64,000 nucleotides of DNA from Eledone cirrhosa (lineage: Eukaryota). A program made the position numbers and the translations under genes. The notes under the pieces are model-generated. The model saw only the letters and a program-made list of their open reading frames with translations, was not told the origin of the DNA and ran no database searches. The DNA lies in assembly GCA_964016885.1 (NCBI GenBank), contig OZ024741.1:258664001-258728000 (forward strand), in the 5' to 3' direction. Below, piece after piece: positions 25,100 through 36,007 of this stretch (within the stretch, counting starts at the first letter, position 1; the number at the start of each line of letters is the position of its first letter).

Positions 25100-27010
25100 T
25101 GTCAGTGCCAGTGTTGTAGTTGTTGCTGCGCCAGTGCCAGTGTTATTGTTGCTGTTTTCTGTGTCAGTGCCACTGTTGTTGTTGCTGTTGTTGCTGTTTT
25201 CTGTGTCAGTGCCAGTGTTGTTGTAGTTGTTGCTGTTTTCTGTGTCAGTGCCAGTGTTGTTGCTGTTGCTGTTTTCTCTGTCAGTGCCAGTGTTGTTGTT
25301 GTTGCTGTTTTCTGTGTCAGTGCCAGTGTTGTTGTTGTTGCTATTTTCACTGTCAGTGCCAGTGTTGTTGCTGTTACTGTTGCTGTTTTCTGTGCCAGTG
25401 CCAGTGTTATTGTTGCTGTTTTCTCTGTCAGTGCCAGTGTTGTTGTAGTTGTTGCTGTTTTCTCTGTCAGTGCCAGTGTTGTTGTTGTTGCTGTTTTCTG
25501 TGTCAGTGCCAGTGTTGTTGTTGTTGCTATTTTCACTGTCAGTGCCAGTGTTGTTGCTGTTACTGTTGCTGTTTTCTGTGCCAGTGCCAGTGTTATTGTT
25601 GCTGTTTTCTGTGTCAGTGCCACTGTTGTTGTTGCTGTTGTTGCTGTTTTCTGTGTCAGTGCCAGTGTTGTTGTTGCTGTTGTTGCTGTTTTCTGTGTCA
25701 GTGCCAGTGTTGTTGCTGTTGCTGTTTTCTCTGTCAGTGCCAGTGTTGTTGTAGTTGTTGCTGTTTTCTCTGTCAGTGCCAGTGTTGTAGTTGTTGCTGC
25801 GCCAGTGCCAGTGTTATTGTTGCTGTTTTCTGTGTCAGTGCCACTGTTGTTGTTGCTGTTGTTGCTGTTTTCTGTGTCAGTGCCAGTGTTGTTGTAGTTG
25901 TTGCTGTTTTCTGTGTCAGTGCCAGTGTTGTTGCTGTTGCTGTTTTCTCTGTCAGTGCCAGTGTTGTTGTAGTTGTTGCTGTTTTCTCTGTCAGTGCCAG
26001 TGTTGTTGTTGTTGCTGTTTTCTGTGTCAGTGCCAGTGTTGTTGTTGTTGCTATTTTCACTGTCAGTGCCAGTGTTGTTGCTGTTACTGTTGCTGTTTTC
26101 TGTGCCAGTGCCAGTGTTATTGTTGCTGTTTTCTCTGTCAGTGCCAGTGTTGTTGTAGTTGTTGCTGTTTTCTCTGTCAGTGCCAGTGTTGTTGTTGTTG
26201 CTGTTTTCTGTGTCAGTGCCAGTGTTGTTGTTGTTGCTATTTTCACTGTCAGTGCCAGTGTTGTTGCTGTTACTGTTGCTGTTTTCTGTGCCAGTGCCAG
26301 TGTTATTGTTGCTGTTTTCTGTGTCAGTGCCACTGTTGTTGTTGCTGTTGTTGCTGTTTTCTGTGTCAGTGCCAGTGTTGTTGTTGCTGTTGTTGCTGTT
26401 TTCTGTGTCAGTGCCAGTGTTGTTGCTGTTGCTGTTTTCTCTGTCAGTGCCAGTGTTGTTGTAGTTGTTGCTGTTTTCTCTGTCAGTGCCAGTGTTGTTG
26501 TTGTTGCTGTTTTCTGTGTCAGTGCCAGTGTTGTTGTTGTTGCTATTTTCACTGTCAGTGCCAGTGTTGTTGCTGTTACTGTTGCTGTTTTCTGTGCCAG
26601 TGCCAGTGTTATTGTTGCTGTTTTCTGTGTCAGTGCCACTGTTGTTGTTGCTGTTGTTGCTGTTTTCTGTGTCAGTGCCAGTGTTGTTGTAGTTGTTGCT
26701 GTTTTCTGTGTCAGTGCCAGTGTTGTTGCTGTTGCTGTTTTCTCTGTCAGTGCCAGTGTTGTTGTAGTTGTTGCTGTTTTCTCTGTCAGTGCCAGTGTTG
26801 TTGTTGTTGCTGTTTTCTGTGTCAGTGCCAGTGTTGTTGTTGTTGCTATTTTCACTGTCAGTGCCAGTGTTGTTGCTGTTACTGTTGCTGTTTTCTGTGC
26901 CAGTGCCAGTGTTATTGTTGCTGTTTTCTGTGTCAGTGCCACTGTTGTTGTTGCTGTTGTTGCTGTTTTCTGTGTCAGTGCCAGTGTTGTTGTTGCTGTT
27001 GTTGCTGTTT
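25100..27010. repeat. Local short-period expansion (186-, ~303-306- and 671-710-bp units)
   Basis: Private junction GTTGCTGCGCCAGTGCCAG at ~25122 and ~25793 (offset 671). Private linker GCTGTTACTGTTGCT occurs six times (~25370, 25556, 26080, 26266, 26572, 26875). ORF starts 25973/26159/26465/26768 are spaced 186/306/303. Confidence 0.9.
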
Positions 27011-29825
27011 TCTGTGTCAGTGCCAGTGTTGTTGTTGCTGTTTTCCGTGCCAGTGTTGTTGTAGCTGTTGCTGTTTTCTGTGTCAGTGACAGTGTTGTTG
27101 TAGTTGTTGCTGTTTTCTCTGTCAGTGCCAGTGTTGTTGTAGTTGTTGCTGTTTTCTCTGTCAGTGCCAGTGTTGTAGTTGTTGCTGTTTTCTGTGTCAG
27201 TGCCAGTGTTGTTGTTGTTGCTGTTTTCTCTGTCAGTGCCAGTGTTGTTGTAGTTGTTGCTGTTTTCTGTGTCAGTGCCAGTGTTGTTGTTGTTGCTGTT
27301 CACTGTGTCAGTGCCAGTGTTGTTGTTGTTGCTATTTTCACTGTCAGTGCCAGTGTTGTTGCTGTTGCTGTTTTCTCTGTCAGTGCCAGTGATGTTGTAG
27401 TTGTTGCTGTTTTCTGTGTTAGTGCCAGTGTTGTTGTAGTTGTTGCTGTTTTCTGTGTCAGTGCCAGTGTTGTTGCTGTTGCTGTTTTCTCTGTCAGTGC
27501 CAGTGTTGTTGTAGTTGTTGCTGCTTTATCTGTCAGTGCCAGTGTTGTTGTAGTTGTTTCTGTTTTCTGTGTCAGTGCCAGTGTTGTTGTTGTTGCTGTT
27601 TTCTCTGTCAGTGCCAGTGTTGTTGTAGTTGTTGCTGTTTTCTGTGTCAGTGCCACTGTTGTTGTTGCTGTTTTCTGTGTCTGTGCCAGTGTTGTTGTTG
27701 TTGCTGTTTTCTCTGTCAGTGCCAGTGTTGTTATTGCTGTTTTCTCTGTCAGTGCCAGTGTTGTTGTAGTTGCTGTTTTCTGTGTCAGTGACAGTGTTGT
27801 TGTAGTTGTTGCTGTTTTCTCTGTCAGTGCCAGTGTTGTTGTAGTTGTTGCTGTTTTCTCTGTCAGTGCGAGTGTTGTTGTAGTTTGTTGCTGTTTTCTC
27901 TGTCAGTGCCAGTGTTGTTGTAATTGTTGCTGTTTTCTGTGTCAGTGCCAGTGTTGTTGCTGTTGTTGCTGTTTTCTGTGTCAGTGTCAGTGTTGTTGTT
28001 GTTGCTGTTTTCTGTGTCAGTGCCAGTGTTGTTGTTGCTATTTTCACTGTCAGTGCCAGTGTTGTTGTAGTTGTTGCTGTTTTCTGTGTCAGTGCCAGTG
28101 TTGTTGTTGCTGTTTTCTCTGTCAGTGCCAGTGTTGTTGTAGCTGTTGCTGTTTTCTGTGTCAGTGCCAGTGTTGTTGCTGTTGTTGCTGTTTTCTGTGT
28201 CAGTGCCAGTGTTGTTGCTGTTGCTGTTTTCTCTGTCAGTGCCAGTGTTGTTGTAGTTGTTGCTGTTTACTGTGTCAGTGCCAGTGTTGTTGTAGTTGTT
28301 GCTGTTTTCTCTGTCAGTGCCAGTGTTGTTGTAGTTGTTGCTGTTTTCTCTGTCAGTGCCAGTGTTGTTGTAGTTGTTGCTGTTTTCTGTGTCAGTGCCA
28401 GTGTTATTGTTGCTGTTGTTGCTGTTTCTCTGTCAGTGCCAGTGTTGTTGTAGTTGTTGCTGTTTTCTGTGTCAGTGCCAGTGTTGTTGTAGTTGTTGCT
28501 GTTTTCTCTGTCAGTGCCAGTGTTGTTGTAGTTGTTGCTGTTTTCTGTGTCAGTGCCAGTATTGTTGTTGTTGCTGTGTTCTCTGTCAGTGCCAGTGTTG
28601 TTGTAGTTGTTGCTGTTTTCTCTGTCAGTGCCAGTTTTGTTGTAGTTGTTGCTGTTTTCTGTGTCAGTGCCAGTGTTGTTGTAGTTGTTGCTGTTTTCTC
28701 TGTCAGTGCCAGTGTTGTTGTTGTTGTTGCTGTTTTCTCTGTCAGTGTTGTTGTTGTTGCTATTTTCACTGTCAGTGCCAGTGTTGTTGTTGTTGCTGTT
28801 TTCTGTGTCAGTGCCAGTGTTGTAGTTGTTGTTGCTGTTTTCTGTGTCAGTGCCAGTGTTGTTGTTGTTACTGTTGCTGTTTTCTGTGTCAGTGCCAGTC
28901 TTCTTGTTGTTACTGTTGCTGTTTTCTGTGCCAGTGTCAGTGTTATTGTTGCTGTTTTCTGTGTCAGTGCCACTGTTGTTGTTGCTGTTGTTGCTGTTTT
29001 CTGTGTCACTGCCAGTGTTGTTATTGCTGTTGTTGCTGTTTTCTGTGCCAGTGCCAGTGTTGTTGTTGCTGTTTTCCGTGCCAGTGTTGTTGTAGCTGTT
29101 GCTGTTTTCTGTGTCAGTGACAGTGTTGTTGTAGTTGTTGCTGTTTTCTCTGTCAGTGCCAGTGTTGTTGTAGTTGTTGCTGTTTTCTCTGTCAGTGCCA
29201 GTGTTGTAGTTGTTGCTGTTTTCTGTGTCAGTGCCAGTGTTGTTGTTGTTGCTGTTTTCTCTGTCAGTGCCAGTGTTGTTGTAGTTGTTGCTGTTTTCTC
29301 TGTCAGTGCCAGTGTTGTTGCTGTTGTTGCTGTTTTCTGTGTCAATGTCAGTGTTGTTGTTGTTGCTGTTTTCTGTGTCAGTGCCAGTGTTGTTGTTGCT
29401 ATTTTCACTGTCAGTGCCAGTGTTGTTGTAGTTGTTGCTGTTTTCTGTGTCAGTGCCAGTGTTGTTGTTGCTGTTTTCTCTGTCAGTGCCAGTGTTGTTG
29501 TAGCTGTTGCTGTTTTCTGTGTCAGTGCCAGTGTTGTTGTAGTTGTTGCTGTTTACTGTGTCAGTGCCAGTGTTGTTGTAGTTGTTGCTGTTTTCTGTGT
29601 CAGTGCCACTGTTGTTGTTGCTGTTTTCTGTGTCTGTGCCAGTGTTGTTGTTGTTGCTGTTTTCTCTGTCAGTGCCAGTGTTGTTGTTGCTGTTTTCTCT
29701 GTCAGTGCCAGTGTTGTTGTTGTTGCTGTTTTCTGTGTCAGTGACAGTGTTGTTGTAGTTGTTGCTGTTTTCTCTGTCAGTGCCAGTGTTGTTGTAGTTG
29801 TTGCTGTTTTCTCTGTCAGTGCCAG

Positions 29826-32800
29826 TGTTGTAGTTGTTGCTGTTTTCTGTGTCAGTGCCAGTGTTGTTGTTGTTGCTGTTTTCTCTGTCAGTGCCAGTGT
29901 TGTTGTAGTTGTTGCTGTTTTCTCTGTCAGTGCCAGTGTTGTTGTAGTTGTTGCTGTTTTCTCTGTCAGTGCCAGTGTTGTAGTTGTTGCTGTTTTCTGT
30001 GTCAGTGACAGTGTTGTTGTTGTTGCTGTTTTCTCTGTCAGTGCCAGTGTTGTTGTAGTTGTTGCTGTTTTCTCTGTCAGTGCCAGTGTTGTTGCTGTTT
30101 TCTGTGTCAGTGTCAGTGTTGTTGTTGTTGCTGTTTTCTGTGTCAGTGCCAGTGTTGTTGTTGCTATTTTCACTGTCAGTGCCAGTGTTGTTGTAGTTGT
30201 TGCTGTTTTCTGTGTCAGTGCCAGTGTTGTTGTTGCTGTTTTCTCTGTCAGTGCCAGTGTTGTTGTAGCTGTTGCTGTTTTCTGTGTCAGTGCCAGTGTT
30301 GTTGTAGTTGTTGCTGTTTACTGTGTCAGTGCCAGTGTTGTTGTAGTTGTTGCTGTTTTCTCTGTCAGTGCCAGTGTTGTTGTAGTTGTTGCTGTTTTCT
30401 CTGTCAGTGCCAGTGTTGTTGTAGTTGTTGCTGTTTTCTGTGTCAGTGCCAGTGTTATTGTTGCTGTTGTTGCTGTTTCTCTGTCAGTGCCAGTGTTGTT
30501 GTAGTTGTTGCTGTTTTCTCTGTCAGTAACAGTGTTGTTGTAGTTGTTGCTGTTTTCTCTGTCAGTGCCAGTGTTGTAGTTGTTGCTGTTTTCTGTGTCA
30601 GTGTCAGTGTTGTAGTTGTTGCTGTTCTCTCTGTCAGTGCCAGTGTTGTAGTTGTTGCTGTTTTCTGTGTCAGTGCCAGTCTTGTTGTTGTTACTGTTGC
30701 TGTTTTCTGTGCCAGTGCCAGTGTTATTGTTGCTGTTTTCTGTGTCAGTGCCAGTGTTGTTGTTGTAGTTGTTGCTGTTTTCTGTGTCAGTGCCAGTGTT
30801 GTTGTTGCTGTTTTCCGTGCCAGTGTTGTTGTAGTTGTTGCTGTTTTCTGTGTCAGTGCCAGTGTTGTTGTTGTTACTGTTGCTGTTTTCTGTGTCAGTT
30901 CTAGTGTTGTTGTTGTTGTTGCTGTTGCTGTTTTCTGTGCCAGTGCCAGTGTTATTGTTGCTGTTGTTGCTGTTTCTCTGTCAGTGCCAGTGTTGTTGTA
31001 TTTGTTGCTGTTTTCTCTGTCAGTGCCAGTGTTGTTGTAGTTGTTGCTGTTTTCTCTGTCAGTGCCAGTGTTGTGGTTGTTGCTGCTTTCTCTGTCAGTG
31101 CCAGTGTTGTAGTTGTTGCTGTTTTCTCTGTCAGTGCCAGTGTTGTTGTAGTTGTTGCTGTTTTCTGTGTCAGTGTCAGTGTTGTAGTTGTTGCTGTTTT
31201 CTGTGTCAGTGCCAGTGTTGTTGTTGCTGTTTTCCGTGCCAGTGTTGTTGTAGTTGTTGCTGTTTTCTGTGTCAGTGCCAGTGTTGTTGTTGTTACTGTT
31301 GCTGTTTTCTGTGTCAGTTCTAGTGTTGTTGTTGTTGTTGCTGTTGCTGTTTTCTGTGCCAGTGCCAGTGTTATTGTTGCTGTTGTTGCTGTTTCTCTGT
31401 CAGTGCCAGTGTTGTTGTAGTTGTTGCTGTTTTCTCTGTCAGTGCCAGTGTTGTTGTAGTTGTTGCTGTTTTCTCTGTCAGTGCCAGTGTTGTGGTTGTT
31501 GCTGCTTTCTCTGTCAGTGCCAGTGTTGTAGTTGTTGCTGTTTTCTCTGTCAGTGCCAGTGTTGTTGTAGTTGTTGCTGTTTTCTGTGTCAGTGTCAGTG
31601 TTGTTGTTGTTGCTGTTTTCTGTGTCAGTGCCAGTGTTGTTGTTGTTGCTGTTTTCTCTGTCAGTGCCAGTGTTGTTGCTGTTGCTATTTTCACTGTCAG
31701 TGCCAGTGTTGTTGTTGTTGCTGTTTTCTGTGTCAGTGCCAGTGTTGTTGTTGTTGCTGTTTTCTGTGTCAGTGCCAGTGTTGTTGTTGTTACTGTTGCT
31801 GTTTTCTGTGTCAGTTCCAGTGTTGCTGTTTCTGTTTTCTGTGCCAGTGCCAGTGTTATTGTTGCTGTTGTTGCTGTTTTCTGTGTCAGTGCCACGGTTG
31901 TTGTTGCTGTTGTTGCTGTTTTCTGTGTCAGTGCCAGTGTTGTTGTTGCTGTTGTTGCTGTTTTCTGTGTCAGTGCCAGTGTTGTTGTTGCTGTTGTTGC
32001 TGTTTTCCGTGCCAGTGTTGTTGTAGTCGTTGCTGTTTTCTGTGTCAGTGCCAGTGTTGTTGTAGTTGTTGCTGTTTTCTGTGTCAGTGCCAGTGTTGGT
32101 GTAGTTGTTGCTGTTTTCTCTGTCAGTGCCAGTGTTGTTGTAGTTGTTGCTGTTTTGTCTGTCAGTGCCAGTGTTGTTGTAGTTGTTGCTGTTTTCTGTG
32201 TCAGTGCCAGTGTTGTTGCTGTTGCTGTTTTCTCTGTCAGTGCCAGTGTTGTTGTAGTTGTTGCTGTTTTCTCTGTCAGTGCCAGTGTTGTTGTTGTTGC
32301 TGTTTTCTGTGTCAGTGCCAGTGTTGTTGTTGTTACTGTTGCTGTTTTCTGTGTCAGTTCCAGTGTTGCTGTTTCTGTTTTCTGTGCCAGTGCCAGTGTT
32401 ATTGTTGCTGTTGTTGCTGTTTTCTGTGTCAGTGCCACGGTTGTTGTTGCTGTTGTTGCTGTTTTCTGTGTCAGTGCCAGTGTTGTTGTTGCTGTTGTTG
32501 CTGTTTTCTGTGTCAGTGCCAGTGTTGTTGTTGCTGTTGTTGCTGTTTTCCGTGCCAGTGTTGTTGTAGTTGTTGCTGTTTTCTGTGTCAGTGCCAGTGT
32601 TGTTGTAGTTGTTGCTGTTTTCTCTGTCAGTGCCAGTGTTGTTGTTGTTGCTATTTTCACTGTCAGTGCCAGTGTTGTTGCTGTTGCTGTTTTCTCTGTC
32701 AGTGCCAGTGATGTTGTAGTTGTTAATGTTTTCTGTGTTAGTGCCAGTGTTGTCGTAGTTGTTGCTGTTTTCTGTCTCAGTGCCAGTGTTGTTGTTGTTG

Positions 32801-35800
32801 TTGCTGTTTTCTCTGTCAGTGCCAGTGTTGTTGTAGTTGTTGCTGCTTTCTCTGTCAGTGCCAGTGTTGTTGTAGTTGTTGCTGTTTTCTGTGTCAGTGC
32901 CAGTGTTGTTGTTGTTGCTGTTTTCTCTGTCAGTGCCAGTGTTGTTGTAGTTGTTGCTGTTTTCTCTGTCAGTGCCAGTGTTGTTGTAGTTGTTGCTGTT
33001 TTCTCTGTCAGTGCCAGTGTTGTAGTTGTTGCTGTTTTCTGTGTCAGTGACAGTGTTGTTGTTGTTGCTGTTTTCTCTGTCAGTGCCAGTGTTGTTGTAG
33101 TTGTTGCTGTTTTCTCTGTCAGTGCCAGTGTTGTTGCTGTTTTCTGTGTCAGTGTCAGTGTTGTTGTTGTTGCTGTTTTCTGTGTCAGTGCCAGTGTTGT
33201 TGTTGCTATTTTCACTGTCAGTGCCAGTGTTGTTGTAGTTGTTGCTGTTTTCTGTGTCAGTGCCAGTGTTGTTGTTGCTGTTTTCTCTGTCAGTGCCAGT
33301 GTTGTTGTAGCTGTTGCTGTTTTCTGTGTCAGTGCCAGTGTTGTTGTAGTTGTTGCTGTTTACTGTGTCAGTGCCAGTGTTGTTGTAGTTGTTGCTGTTT
33401 TCTCTGTCAGTGCCAGTGTTGTTGTAGTTGTTGCTGTTTTCTCTGTCAGTGCCAGTGTTGTTGTAGTTGTTGCTGTTTTCTGTGTCAGTGCCAGTGTTAT
33501 TGTTGCTGTTGTTGCTGTTTCTCTGTCAGTGCCAGTGTTGTTGTAGTTGTTGCTGTTTTCTCTGTCAGTAACAGTGTTGTTGTAGTTGTTGCTGTTTTCT
33601 CTGTCAGTGCCAGTGTTGTAGTTGTTGCTGTTTTCTGTGTCAGTGTCAGTGTTGTAGTTGTTGCTGTTCTCTCTGTCAGTGCCAGTGTTGTAGTTGTTGC
33701 TGTTTTCTGTGTCAGTGCCAGTCTTGTTGTTGTTACTGTTGCTGTTTTCTGTGCCAGTGCCAGTGTTATTGTTGCTGTTTTCTGTGTCAGTGCCAGTGTT
33801 GTTGTTGTAGTTGTTGCTGTTTTCTGTGTCAGTGCCAGTGTTGTTGTTGCTGTTTTCCGTGCCAGTGTTGTTGTAGTTGTTGCTGTTTTCTGTGTCAGTG
33901 CCAGTGTTGTTGTTGTTACTGTTGCTGTTTTCTGTGTCAGTTCTAGTGTTGTTGTTGTTGTTGCTGTTGCTGTTTTCTGTGCCAGTGCCAGTGTTATTGT
34001 TGCTGTTGTTGCTGTTTCTCTGTCAGTGCCAGTGTTGTTGTATTTGTTGCTGTTTTCTCTGTCAGTGCCAGTGTTGTTGTAGTTGTTGCTGTTTTCTCTG
34101 TCAGTGCCAGTGTTGTGGTTGTTGCTGCTTTCTCTGTCAGTGCCAGTGTTGTAGTTGTTGCTGTTTTCTCTGTCAGTGCCAGTGTTGTTGTAGTTGTTGC
34201 TGTTTTCTGTGTCAGTGTCAGTGTTGTAGTTGTTGCTGTTTTCTGTGTCAGTGCCAGTGTTGTTGTTGCTGTTTTCCGTGCCAGTGTTGTTGTAGTTGTT
34301 GCTGTTTTCTGTGTCAGTGCCAGTGTTGTTGTTGTTACTGTTGCTGTTTTCTGTGTCAGTTCTAGTGTTGTTGTTGTTGTTGCTGTTGCTGTTTTCTGTG
34401 CCAGTGCCAGTGTTATTGTTGCTGTTGTTGCTGTTTCTCTGTCAGTGCCAGTGTTGTTGTAGTTGTTGCTGTTTTCTCTGTCAGTGCCAGTGTTGTTGTA
34501 GTTGTTGCTGTTTTCTCTGTCAGTGCCAGTGTTGTGGTTGTTGCTGCTTTCTCTGTCAGTGCCAGTGTTGTAGTTGTTGCTGTTTTCTCTGTCAGTGCCA
34601 GTGTTGTTGTAGTTGTTGCTGTTTTCTGTGTCAGTGTCAGTGTTGTTGTTGTTGCTGTTTTCTGTGTCAGTGCCAGTGTTGTTGTTGTTGCTGTTTTCTC
34701 TGTCAGTGCCAGTGTTGTTGCTGTTGCTATTTTCACTGTCAGTGCCAGTGTTGTTGTTGTTGCTGTTTTCTGTGTCAGTGCCAGTGTTGTTGTTGTTGCT
34801 GTTTTCTGTGTCAGTGCCAGTGTTGTTGTTGTTACTGTTGCTGTTTTCTGTGTCAGTTCCAGTGTTGCTGTTTCTGTTTTCTGTGCCAGTGCCAGTGTTA
34901 TTGTTGCTGTTGTTGCTGTTTTCTGTGTCAGTGCCACGGTTGTTGTTGCTGTTGTTGCTGTTTTCTGTGTCAGTGCCAGTGTTGTTGTTGCTGTTGTTGC
35001 TGTTTTCTGTGTCAGTGCCAGTGTTGTTGTTGCTGTTGTTGCTGTTTTCCGTGCCAGTGTTGTTGTAGTCGTTGCTGTTTTCTGTGTCAGTGCCAGTGTT
35101 GTTGTAGTTGTTGCTGTTTTCTGTGTCAGTGCCAGTGTTGGTGTAGTTGTTGCTGTTTTCTCTGTCAGTGCCAGTGTTGTTGTAGTTGTTGCTGTTTTGT
35201 CTGTCAGTGCCAGTGTTGTTGTAGTTGTTGCTGTTTTCTGTGTCAGTGCCAGTGTTGTTGCTGTTGCTGTTTTCTCTGTCAGTGCCAGTGTTGTTGTAGT
35301 TGTTGCTGTTTTCTCTGTCAGTGCCAGTGTTGTTGTTGTTGCTGTTTTCTGTGTCAGTGCCAGTGTTGTTGTTGTTACTGTTGCTGTTTTCTGTGTCAGT
35401 TCCAGTGTTGCTGTTTCTGTTTTCTGTGCCAGTGCCAGTGTTATTGTTGCTGTTGTTGCTGTTTTCTGTGTCAGTGCCACGGTTGTTGTTGCTGTTGTTG
35501 CTGTTTTCTGTGTCAGTGCCAGTGTTGTTGTTGCTGTTGTTGCTGTTTTCTGTGTCAGTGCCAGTGTTGTTGTTGCTGTTGTTGCTGTTTTCCGTGCCAG
35601 TGTTGTTGTAGTTGTTGCTGTTTTCTGTGTCAGTGCCAGTGTTGTTGTAGTTGTTGCTGTTTTCTCTGTCAGTGCCAGTGTTGTTGTTGTTGCTATTTTC
35701 ACTGTCAGTGCCAGTGTTGTTGCTGTTGCTGTTTTCTCTGTCAGTGCCAGTGATGTTGTAGTTGTTAATGTTTTCTGTGTTAGTGCCAGTGTTGTCGTAG

Positions 35801-36007
35801 TTGTTGCTGTTTTCTGTCTCAGTGCCAGTGTTGTTGTTGTTGTTGCTGTTTTCTCTGTCAGTGCCAGTGTTGTTGTAGTTGTTGCTGCTTTCTCTGTCAG
35901 TGCCAGTGTTGTTGTAGTTGTTGCTGTTTTCTGTGTCAGTGCCAGTGTTGTTGTTGTTGCTGTTTTCTCTGTCAGTGCCAGTGTTGTTGTAGTTGTTGCT
36001 GTTTTCT
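29826..36007. repeat. Apparently exact tandem duplication, period 3042 bp (~2.03 copies)
   Basis: ORF pairs 30835/33877, 31073/34115, 31254/34296, 31571/34613 and 32258/35300 are all offset by 3042 with identical translations. Private variants GTATTTGTT (~30998/~34040), GTTTTGTCT (~32152/~35194) and GTCGTAG (~32752/~35794) are in both copies. Confidence 0.95.

Noticed and set aside
27295-27310. V(D)J RSS heptamer CACTGTG with nonamer-like GTTTTCTGT nearby
   Set aside because: It is a single point variant of the TACTGTG monomer, the nonamer match is imperfect, and no gene segments are present.
29826-36007. 3042 bp equals exactly 78 x 39 bp
   Set aside because: Coincidence: the block contains mixed-length monomers and three 1-bp-deleted units, so it is not 78 uniform 39-mers.
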